Below are positions 1 through 10,790 of a stretch of DNA of 64,000 bases, piece by piece. A model generated the notes under the pieces. That model worked only from the letters and a program-made list of their open reading frames with translations. It was not told where the DNA came from and ran no database searches. Position 1 is the stretch's first letter; each line of letters begins with the position of its first letter. Origin of the DNA: Octopus bimaculoides (Eukaryota); assembly GCF_001194135.2 (NCBI RefSeq), contig NC_068984.1:49603859-49667858 (forward strand), read 5' to 3'. A program made the translations under genes and the position numbers.

Positions 1-276
1 TCAGTGATACACATCACTGCACAAATAATTAAGAGTAATTAAATAAAATTTAAAATTTAGATCACTTATGCATTAATATATATTCACATAAATTTTGTTA
101 TATTATGTACTTTTTTTTTCATATTAGATGATTAACAGTTTAACAGGTATTTTATGTATTCATTTCTTTGTTGCAAAAGTATTGTTATATATTGTATGCC
201 TCTTAATAAGTCAGCTGTTATTTTTTATCTTTACTATTCACCCCCAGAAACTTTAAAAAGTTCATAAATGAATACA

Positions 277-308
<32 letters not shown>

Positions 309-445
309 GAGGAGTTTTTGTTTGAATGACTCAAACTGATAGGTATGCGTGCTGAGTGCTCAAATAGGTGTGCCTCCAAAATTCCAGTTTGAACAGTAGT
401 TCAAGTTTTGGTCATGTGATTGTCTTGTTCAAAACAGCTAAAGAT

Positions 446-1620
446 GGCTTCCTTTTGAGTCAGTACATATAGATCGAATGTCCTTGTCATGCCTAGCCTA
501 ATTGTTTGCCTTTCCTCACTACTTTAACCTATATATGTGTGTGTGTATGTATATATATATATATGTGTGTGTATGTATGTATATGTATATATATATATAT
601 ATATATATNNNNNNNNNNNNNNNNNNNNNNNNNNNNNNNNNNNNNNNNNNNNNNNNNNNNNNNNNNNNNNNNNNNNNNNNNNNNNNNNNNNNNNNNNNNN
701 NNNNNNNNNNNNNNNNNNNNNNNNNNNNNNNNNNNNNNNNNNNNNNNNNNNNNNNNNNNNNNNNNNNNNNNNNNNNNNNNNNNNNNNNNNNNNNNNNNNN
801 NNNNNNNNNNNNNNNNNNNNNNNNNNNNNNNNNNNNNNNNNNNNNNNNNNNNNNNNNNNNNNNNNNNNNNNNNNNNNNNNNNNNNNNNNNNNNNNNNNNN
901 NNNNNNNNNNNNNNNNNNNNNNNNNNNNNNNNNNNNNNNNNNNNNNNNNNNNNNNNNNNNNNNNNNNNNNNNNNNNNNNNNNNNNNNNNNNNNNNNNNNN
1001 NNNNNNNNNNNNNNNNNNNNNNNNNNNNNNNNNNNNNNNNNNNNNNNNNNNNNNNNNNNNNNNNNNNNNNNNNNNNNNNNNNNNNNNNNNNNNNNNNNNN
1101 NNNNNNNNNNNNNNNNNNNNNNNNNNNNNNNNNNNNNNNNNNNNNNNNNNNNNNNNNNNNNNNNNNNNNNNNNNNNNNNNNNNNNNNNNNNNNNNNNNNN
1201 NNNNNNNNNNNNNNNNNNNNNNNNNNNNNNNNNNNNNNNNNNNNNNNNNNNNNNNNNNNNNNNNNNNNNNNNNNNNNNNNNNNNNNNNNNNNNNNNNNNN
1301 NNNNNNNNNNNNNNNNNNNNNNNNNNNNNNNNNNNNNNNNNNNNNNNNNNNNNNNNNNNNNNNNNNNNNNNNNNNNNNNNNNNNNNNNNNNNNNNNNNNN
1401 NNNNNNNNNNNNNNNNNNNNNNNNNNNNNNNNNNNNNNNNNNNNNNNNNNNNNNNNNNNNNNNNNNNNNNNNNNNNNNNNNNNNNNNNNNNGGCTTCCTT
1501 TTGAGTCAGTACATATAGATCGAATGTCCTTGTCATGCCTAGCCTAATTGTTTGCCTTTCCTCACTACTTTAACCTATATATGTGTGTGTGTATGTATAT
1601 ATATATATATGTGTGTGTGT
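446..1620. other. Sequence duplicated on both sides of an N gap (probable assembly overlap)
   Basis: ggcttccttttgagtcagtacatatagatcgaatg...aacctatatatgtgtg at 446-~570 reappears at 1492-~1620, immediately after the 609-1491 N run. Confidence 0.8.
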
Positions 1621-1639
1621 ATATACATACGTATGTGTG

Positions 1640-2705
1640 TGTGCTCCCTACCAATCCTGCATTACTTCATCATCTTATATCTTACCCCTTCTTCATTTGT
1701 TATACTTGTTCTGTATTACTACCACCCAATACATATTTTCCTAGGTAGCTTCAAAAATTCAATGGACTCTAGCAATTGACTCTGGATTACCAACCAGCAT
1801 CTCTTACCTTTTTATTGCACAATGCACCTTTATACTTCTAGGATGCCCTCTAGCCTTTTTTTTTCCTTACTGCATTTACTATACCAAACCATTCTTTCTC
1901 TTGCCATGCTCCTTCTACTACCTTTCCATTTGGAATCTCTCTACTGCATCTCACTCTTAATATACTTTTGCAATATTCACAATCTGCTCCTACTCTTCCT
2001 CTTGCATCTATGGTGCACATCAACATCTCTCTTCCCCACTGGTCTCTCAGTATTCACCTACTGCTCCCTCACCCTCTGATTCATTTTGTCTCCCAATTCT
2101 CTCTTTACAGCTTCCCCATGAGCCCAACACCTCTTTGCATCTTTCCCCCTCCCCTCTAGCCTACCCTACATCCTCTCTTTCTTTCAGTGACTCTCTCAGG
2201 ATTCCTCTCCACTGTAGTTCATCACTCTCTTGTCCCTGTTCTTTCATACTTTCCGTCCATACACCTCCTATACAGCCCTGTCTTATACATTACCACTCCG
2301 TCCCCCTCTTTTCACAGTAGAACCTGACACTAATCCCTTCACTTTTCCCTGTACCTACTGAACTGCTCTGTAACTGTCTCTACTATTACCCTAATGCAAC
2401 TATAAATCTCTTCCTCTTATCTTATTTACCCTCCCCCATCTCCCTACTTAGAACCACTGCACCCTCTCTCTTCTACCGACCCTCAGTTATTGGGGCCAAT
2501 TTAGACCCTTGCAAGTTACAAGGCAACCTTCACTTGTGGTGGTGCCATGAAAAAGCACCCACTTAACACTGTAAAGTGGTTAGCATTAGAAAGGACATTC
2601 AAACATAAAAGTCATGCCAAAATAGACATTGTAGCATGATGTAAACTGTCTATTCCATTCCCTCACGGAAGCTAGATGCTAAAGGATAATGATGAGGATG
2701 ACAGA
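1640..2705 (+). mobile_element. Decayed RTE-family 3' region: pyrimidine-rich tract, conserved 3' UTR motif and (GAT)-like tail
   Basis: C/T-rich tract followed by gtggttagcattagaaaggacattc...atgccaaaatagac, the reverse complement of the ggatgcccttcctaacgccaac motif in the younger RTE copies; ends in gataatgatgaggatga. Confidence 0.45.
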
Positions 2706-2999
2706 GTTACCACTACAGATGCTGAAACTTTCAGATATTTATTCTAGATTTGATGTCATTCATTACAGATATACACACATATAAAAAAGAAATTTCAAAC
2801 ATATTTCATCTGAGAAATAATATATTCTTATCCTTTTAAATTACAATATGATTAAAGTTTCAATTTGTTTATTTTATATTTATTGTTTTATGAAATTACT
2901 GATGATATCAGAATAATTGAAAGTATATTTTCTTTCAAATATATTGCTTCTTCTACTAAAGCTGTTACACATGTTTCAAAGAAAAGTAGTTGACATTCA

Positions 3000-3195
3000 T
3001 TTTAAATGTATTTCTCAGTTTTTATAAGAATATGTCTTTTGATGTATTTGATACTGACCAATACATTCAATCAACATGTCTTTTGACCAACTTGTTTTCT
3101 TACCAATATGTCTTCCCACCAATTTGTATTTGCAATGTTTTTGACTATTTTGTCTTTCGGCTAATATGCTTTCAAAAAATGTGATGTTGGCAAAT
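3000..3195. repeat. Decayed minisatellite of ~18-20 bp units
   Basis: Recurrent units such as caacatgtcttttgacc, caatatgtcttcccacc and tattttgtctttcggct. Confidence 0.5.
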
Positions 3196-3346
3196 GTTTG
3201 TAATGAATGTGTCATATCCTTATAATATGCGCACACACACACACACACACACATACATGATATCTACTGTAATATATATATGCGATATATGACATAATAT
3301 AATGTAATATTCATATAATGTATATTACATAAATTATATATCATAT

Positions 3347-3413
<67 letters not shown>

Positions 3414-3418
<5 letters not shown>

Positions 3419-4671
3419 GTTGGACAAAATAATGGCAACACCTTAAAATTTCAAACAAATTTATTTTAATATGGGGTAGGACTGCCTTTGGCAGTAATTA
3501 CAGCTTGAATTCTATGAGGTATGGACTCCTACAAAGTATGAATTGTTTCCAAAGGAATTTTTGTCCATTCTTCAGCTAAAACAGTCTCCAGTTCTTGTAG
3601 TGATGATGGTGGAGGATATCAACTCCTTACTTATTTTTTAAAATACGCCATAGATGTTCAATAATGTTGAGATCTGGGGACTGTGGTGGCCAGATAAGAG
3701 GTTCAACTTCACTAGAATGTTTCTTGTGCCATTCAGTAACAACTTCAGCAGTGTGAATAGGTGCATTATCATCCTGAAAGATTGTGTTTCCTTCGGGAAA
3801 CAGTTCCGCACCCATAGGATGAATTTGATCAGAGTAAATGCTCAAATAGTCTTGACTATTAATTCTGCCATGAAGGGAAACCATTGGGCCAGCAGATTTC
3901 CAAGATATAACTCTTCAGATCATCACAGATCCTCCTCCATGTTTAACAGTTGGAAAAAAGCAGTCTGGGTCAAATGCTTCTTTTGGCTGTCTTCACATGT
4001 TTACTCAGCCGGTGATCACAAATAAGGTAAAAGATGACTCGTCCAAGAAAATAACATTCTTGCACTGCTCTAGGGACCAATTCTGAAGGCATTTACTCCA
4101 CTCTAAACGCTTTGCAACATTTGTTTTTGAAAGTAGTGGTTTTCTGATTGCAGCCCTGCCGTGAAATCTGGCTTTGTGAACAGTTTTTGTGTAAACTGGG
4201 TTCTCGAGGTGGTCATTAAGCTCTGCAGTAATTTTGGGAGCTGTACTTTTGTGATTCTTTCTAACAATTCGCGTAAGAGTCTGATGGTCCCTATCTGAAA
4301 GTTTTGGTTTTCTTCTGGAGTTTTATTTCGACGCGGAGGTTTTTCCCTCTTTCTCAAAGGCTGTCATTACTTTTGAGGCATTACTTCTTGATACACCAAA
4401 CAATTTGGCTGTTTTCATTACACTAGCGCCTGGCATATGAGCACCAACAATTTGACCTCTTTGAAAATCTGATAGATCTGTCATTTTAATGAATTTTAAT
4501 TACCTTTTTCTGATGATATCTGAAAAGAAACAGCAATTTTGGCAAAACATATTAAGCAACACTAATAATGAATCAGAAAACATAAAAAATAAATAAGCTT
4601 TTGACAGTTTTATAGACATTTCAAAATTATGATGCTATTATGCTAGGTGTTTCCATTATTTTGTCCAACCC

Positions 4672-4674
<3 letters not shown>
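3414..4674 (-). mobile_element. Full-length Tc1/mariner DNA transposon (1261 bp), DD36E spacing (Incomer-like)
   Basis: TIRs cagaagttggacaaaataatggcaacacct (from 3414) and the reverse complement of aggtgtttccattattttgtccaacccctg (to 4674); TA at both ends, embedded in (TA)n; internal transposase remnant. Confidence 0.95.
3466..4484 (-). pseudogene. Disrupted Tc1-type transposase
   Basis: Begins MTDLSDFQRGQIVGAHMPGASVMKTAKLFGVSRS (HTH region); catalytic motifs VIFLDESSF, FQDDNAPIH and WPPQSPDLNIIEHLW; ends AVITAKGSPTPY*; contains internal stops and frameshifts. Confidence 0.92.
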
Positions 4675-4770
<96 letters not shown>

Positions 4771-5185
4771 CATATGTATATATACATGAATACATACATA
4801 TATATTATACATTTCACTAAACGTTTATGTCAACTTTTGTATTTGTTGTACCTGGAAGTTTTGTTCAGCATTAACCTAATTGTTGTGATACATTCAGTAG
4901 TTAATGTATTCTTTTTACTGTTTGTAGAAAAATTTTCTTTGACTATTACTACACACTATAAGACATTGGCATCATACACTTATTGAAGACTAATTTTAGA
5001 AAATAAACTTTAATTATTTTTAAATAAATAAAACTACTAATAGATGAGAGAAAAAATTAAGCATATTCTTAACATTAAAGCAAAACATAGAAACAGATTG
5101 AAAGAACAAACATCATTATTGTAATATAATCTAAGCTATAAATTATCATCTCAGACAGTGAAAAGAATATTTATAAACTTATACT

Positions 5186-5389
5186 TTAACTTTTAGAAAC
5201 AGAGGAGTCAGTGATGTATTTCAAACTGTGGAAAATGGTAGTTTGATGAGACATGGAATTGGCTATTCTTATAGCCATCATTTGATGTAAAACATATAAA
5301 AATGTTGGTAGGCTTTTCTCACAAATTCTTTTGCTTTCACTTGTGGTACAAAAGCCAGATATCAAAGTTTGTGCATTTCTGCCAGTGAA
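5186..5389 (-). CDS. Candidate terminal coding exon, unknown protein
   Basis: Acceptor tattttatcatatag then 67 open codons: FTGRNAQTLISGFCTTSESKRICEKSLPTFLYVLHQMMAIRIANSMSHQTTIFHSLKYITDSSVSKS*. No homology recognised, and its phase does not directly match the 8401-8507 exon. Confidence 0.25.
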   Translation of the reverse strand, partial: FTGRNAQTLISGFCTTSESKRICEKSLPTFLYVLHQMMAIRIANSMSHQTTIFHSLKYITDSSVSKS

Positions 5390-5689
5390 CTATATGATAA
5401 AATAGTTATCCTAGGAAATATCTAAAATTTTTCTCCAAGTAATATTCTTGCAAAACTTATGGAAGATAAGATTACTTTCCTATTAATACATTATTTACCA
5501 AGCTGGAAAACTTGTATAAGTTAAAGTTCACATATATATATGTGTGTGTATGTGTGTGTGTAGATACATACACAGACATATATACACCCTATGAATTAAA
5601 AAAAAAGCATCCAAAGTTTGCAGAACAGTTTCATAGAGAAACAAACTTGCAGTAACTTTGCTTTGCTAAATATGGTTCTTAATTTTTAA

Positions 5690-6570
5690 TGTATCTAATA
5701 AATTTAAGGTACATGGCTTACTCCAATGTCTCAGATTTTGTATTGCTTCTATAGCTGGATGCCCTTCCTAATGTCATCTACTTTACAGAATGCACTAGGT
5801 GTACTGATGAGGTCACCTTGTATCTCTCCTGCTGGAAAGCACTCTCAACTGGGAAAGAAAATCAGAAATAGGGTTGGCACTTTATGCAACAATTAGAGAG
5901 ATTGAAGTATGATGGGAGGTGCAGGGAAAGGTTTATTGTTGTGGAAGTGATTCATGACTTCCTTGCATTTTACAAGTGTGATGGAAGGGATTGCGAAAGG
6001 GAAGTAAACATGGTGGTAATTAGGTAACAAGACGTACCCTCAAGGAAATGTGTCCAAAGTGAATTGAAGAAAATGTGGTGACAGAAGAATCAAGGGTGAT
6101 ATGTAAGGTTGCAAGAGCATAGGGAGAGAAAAAGGGACAAATATAAACATTAGATGGGAGTATCAGATTTATATAGGGTGTGTATGTAATGATTGGAGAA
6201 GAGAGGTCAGTGGGTAGTTGATGATATATATATATATATATGAATGTTGGATGGATGTCATTTGGGAGCATTTCAGAGGAGAGTAAGTGGTGACTGTGAG
6301 AATGGTGATATGATATGGTGTCCAAAGAGGTTCTGATTTCATTACTTGCAGCAGAAGAGTAATACAGTAGATAGGGAGTGTTGGAGTGGAGTGAGTGTTA
6401 GGGAGATAAAAAGTGCAGTTGCAAAATGGGAGGAGAGTGCAAAATAGATAAAGCAAGGATGGGAGTGGTTGATAGTAAGTTTGAATGAGGGGTGGTGATG
6501 ATAAGAATGGGAAATAGGTATCAATTAGAAGTGGCTTGTGGGGAGGGGGAACCTAGTTGCCTGGGTGGCG
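5690..6570 (-). mobile_element. Decayed RTE-family 3' region, inverted relative to 1640-2705
   Basis: gctggatgcccttcctaatgtcatctactttacagaatg motif at ~5755 followed by a long G/A-rich tract. Confidence 0.45.
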
Positions 6571-6689
6571 AGAAAGAAACAGCAGTTGTTGATTTAACAG
6601 AGACATTAGACAAGGTACCCAGCTGTGTGCATACACATCATGTGTTTAGAGTCTCAGTCACACTGTGCTAGCATAGAGGGCTAAACTTC

Positions 6690-7400
6690 TCAAGCACAGA
6701 GGATTGCCAATTGTCTTTGTTATTTGTCATCTCTTCCCTGCAGCTCAACATCTTGAGAACAGGCTTTACCTCTCCATTCCACATCTTTCTTGGTCTCCCT
6801 TTTCCACAGAGTCTGTCTACTGTAAGCTGTGAGCACTTTTTTTTATACTGCTATCTGTATTTGTATGTATCGTATGTCCAAACTAATGCAGTCTTCTCTC
6901 TTGTGCACTACATCTGATTTCTCTGATGCCCAGTTTTTCTATCAATTCAGTTGTATTTTGTTGTTCATGTACATCTATCTTGTACATTCCTTGGAGCATG
7001 CTTGTTTCATTTCTTCTCTGTTCTTTGCTGCTCCTCTACTTTTTGGACACATGTCTCACTGCTAGATTGTACTGAAGTTTGTGAGAAACTTTTAATTACC
7101 TTCAGAGACTGAAGCTCTCCAGCCTCTTCTTTCGTTACTATACTTTCAGAATATTCTCTACCACTGCCTAGGTAGCATAAGCCATTTACTACTTGGCATT
7201 TGAAAGCGTCTATTTTTCATACACTCTTCATTATTATTAGTTTTGCTAAGCTGCCACATACAAAGTCTGCTTTCTTCTTCAAGAAGCCCATGATTCCATT
7301 ACAAACACATGTGTGTCCATAGTTTGCATTAGATTTCTACCTACTACTTTTTAGCATATCGGTGATAGCAGAGTCAAGTATGTTTTTCTACTTGTCTTTG
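6690..7400 (-). mobile_element. Old RTE LINE ORF2 C-terminal fragment
   Basis: Minus-strand translation has stop-riddled similarity to the RTE C-terminus (GRPRKTW-like segment KRETKKDVE); many stops. Confidence 0.4.
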
Positions 7401-8400
7401 CTAAGTTAACTTTGATTCCAAATTTTGTTTCCACACCTGAAATGTTTACCATAATCCTATAACAGATTCATTTGTAAGAATGAGTGTGTGTGTGTGTGTA
7501 TGTGTAGATATATAAATCATCGTCATCATCATTTAACGATGATGATGATGATGATGATATATATATCTACACACACACACTCATTATATATATATATATC
7601 CACATGTATGTATATATATATGTAATATGAACATATATACACACATATATGTGTGTACATATGTTTATGTGCGTATATGTACAGATATATATATTTACAC
7701 ACACACATGCATGCATACATATAATCCAGTTAGGTTACTTCATTGATATTTTATCTTCGCTCTCTTTTCAAATTACTAAGATTATTTTATAAATATGCAA
7801 TTATAGATAGTCTAAACTATTAATAATGTTTTAAATTATATAACAAATGATGTGTTTAAAGTTATACCCTAGTTATTATAAATATTTCTATACAAAGGCT
7901 CAGTAAAAATCTATAATTCATTAAATTGTTGCATAAGAATGAAAAGGTCAATAGTTACTTTAGAATTTAAATAATTTTGTTAGGATTACATAAGCTTTTC
8001 AGATGAGGACAAATTATCATTTGAAATTTATTTAATGTATATCCTTTAAATTAGATTCTGAATAATGTTCTTCATAATTATACAAATATTTTTAATGTTT
8101 TCTACAGATAGATTATATAATATAAATATTCAAATACTCTCCCACACAAAAATAAGGACTGAAGTATACATACATACACACACACACACACTGCCTAAAT
8201 ACTAGGTGCCCCAAAACCAAAACGAAGAAAGCTAATTCAAAGACTACAGATCCAATCCATCACTGGAACTGTAAAAATCTGTAAAACTTTCCAGAAGTTT
8301 ATCATTTAAATATATATGAGCATGTCTAGATATGCAACTATATGCATGAAAATACATACATAAAACAAAAACATACAAATCTGCACATATGCCTACTTAC

Positions 8401-8507
8401 ATACAGCCAAAAATACCCTGGTGTTGATGTTGAAATTCCAATGAAGGCGCCTTGGATCTAGGTTAGATACTGGCTTTTCTCTATTGGCAAGAAATCTTGA
8501 AATAAAA
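8401..8507 (-). CDS. Candidate internal coding exon (107 nt), unknown protein
   Basis: Acceptor gtgtcattattcag and donor TAT|gtaagt; only one frame is open: FISRFLANREKPVSNLDPRRLHWNFNINTRVFLAV; GC content is higher than the flanks. Confidence 0.5.
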
Positions 8508-8547
8508 CTGAATAATGACACACATACACATAGGCATGTGTACATGC

Positions 8548-8602
<55 letters not shown>

Positions 8603-9336
8603 TATGTAAATGGATATGTACACAAGTACAAACAAACACACACATACACATACTTAAAATAACCAAGAACCTTTTAAAAGTTAGGTTTCCAGCATCAGTT
8701 AACTCCCCTATGTATTTGCTTAATTTTTAATGATTTTAGATAATTACCTTACAATTGCAAATATATGTATCTTCAGATTAAGGATAGTTTAGATTTGATT
8801 GATTGATAGACAGACAGACAGACATATAAACAAAATACTCTCCAGATAGGAATAAGTAGAAAATTAAAAGATTAATTATTTTCAGAACTAATTTTGCTCT
8901 TAATTATTCACCACTTCGATCATTCAAATACATAAAATGTGTCACTAATATATGAATAGTTGTACATCAGCATTTAATCACTACAACATCTATCTATCTG
9001 TCTGTTTGCCTGTCAATCTATCTGTCCTATCTCTCTCCACACATAAAAATGATGTTTGTATGTATGTATGTATATATATATGTGTGAGTATATATATATA
9101 TATATATATATATTGACTCTATTACGGATACTGGCCACTGGTAGAGTATTTCTCTGAATTTTCTACCCTAAATATTTTCATAGTAAAATTTTTCATAATT
9201 TTGAAGAATGTTAGTGCGTAATTTTTATTTGCTGCTGGTTGTAGCTGCGTGTGCACAGTGGATTTGAAAAATCATAATGTATATAGATGAAACATGTGTC
9301 TTCAGTGTTCCACAAATATACATTAATTATAACGCC

Positions 9337-9402
9337 CATGCTGATGAGACACGGATGGCAAATTATCTTATTTGTTCATTGATGTCGAAACTCGAGTACA
9401 TG
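9337..9402 (+). ncRNA. Type I hammerhead ribozyme motif (Penelope/retrozyme-type)
   Basis: Stem I catg (9337-9340) pairs with catg (9399-9402); core CTGATGA 9341-9347; stem II from G9348 to C9386 (gaca/tgtc plus an extended caaat/atttg helix); GAAA 9387-9390; stem III A-C[tcga]G-T; GUA cleavage triplet 9396-9398. Confidence 0.8.
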
Positions 9403-9720
9403 TAACTATTGAAATGTTTTTATTTTTCATTCCCTTTAAAATTAGTCTCATCTGTGTTTTGGTTTTTAACTGCCCTTTTCAGCATGTAAGGTGTCCTGTT
9501 AGAGTCACCTCTTTTGTGTATAGAAATGTGGACTAAGTTAGATATATATATAGCAATCTGTGTCTCTCTATATAGATAAATATATATGAGTGTACTTGTG
9601 TTTGAATATGTATGTATATATGTATCTGTGTGTTTGTATGAGAGTTTGTATTTACCGTGTGATTGTTTGTTGATTACATCCNNNNNNNNNNNNNNNNNNN
9701 NNNNNNNNNNNNNNNNNNNN

Positions 9721-9762
<42 letters not shown>

Positions 9763-9810
9763 ATTTGTGCATATGGGTATGTATATATCTGCGTTTATGA
9801 ATGTATATAA

Positions 9811-9975
9811 GGTGCAAACATGGCTGTGTTGTTGAAAAGTTTGCTTTCCAAAAACATGGATTCAGGTTCAGACCATTGTGTGTTATCATGGGCAAGTGTC
9901 TTCTACTCTAGCCTGAACCAGCCAGAACGTTGTGAATGGATTTGGTAGATGGATACTGAATAAGGCATGTTTCTA
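9811..9975 (+). mobile_element. tRNA-derived SINE
   Basis: A/B-box-like head (catggctgtgttg...caggttcagacc) followed by the gggcaagtgtcttctactctagcc...ggatttggtagatggatactgaa core, also seen inverted at 10665, 46165 and 49005. Confidence 0.8.
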
Positions 9976-10664
9976 TGCATGTATGTATATATGTATCTGT
10001 GTGTTTGTATGAGAGTTTGTATTTACCGTGTGATTGTTTGTTGATTACATCCACACTTCATGACAGTTCTTCACATGATGCACAATCTTTATAAACATCT
10101 TTGATACATTTTCATCTGTCTCGAGTTCTCTTTGGCTGTTTCTTCTTCAGTAGAGTATGTGATTATTACCTCACTTGGAAACAAGTGGTTGTTGACAGCA
10201 GGAAGGGTGTATGGCTGTAGAAAACCCTGTCAGAACATAATTTTGTTTGACCCATGCATGAATGAAAAAGTTCATATTAAAATTACACACACACACACAC
10301 ATAAAATTTACCAATAATAGTTTTCTTGAAAGATTGCTACAAGATGTTCTTTATAAAGATAGGGCAACATATCAAGAAGCCTAGATGTGTTTTCACAGTT
10401 GACTGCAAGCATATGACATTGCCTGTCTTGATAGTAAGACTGTTGTTTTGCTAGAACATATGTAAAGCTAAGGAGAAAATATTAACTCACTCACACAAAC
10501 ACCCACAAGCACAAAGACACTGATACAAACCATTAAATACATAAATATATGCCTATATATAAACACACATAGATATCTACATACAGATGCTTGTATGTGC
10601 ATATGCATATATACACATATTTATATGTATGTATATACCTACATGTGTGTGCGTAAGACAACAG

Positions 10665-10790
10665 AAACTTTTTTTTCAGTTTCTGTCTACCAGTTTCACT
10701 TATAAAGTATTGGTTGACCTGCAGCTATAGTATAGCATGTTAGTTGACAATGTTAATGCAGTGGGACCAAACTCCAATGTGATTTCATTT
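10665..10790 (-). mobile_element. tRNA-derived SINE, diverged copy
   Basis: ttttcagtttctgtctaccagtttcactta...gcagtgggaccaaactcc, the reverse complement of the 9811 family. Confidence 0.65.

Noticed and set aside
502-1547. 330-aa ORFs at the window start, and similar ones at 42462, 49911 and 52545
   Set aside because: They run through N gaps and (AT)n/(CA)n tracts; artefacts.
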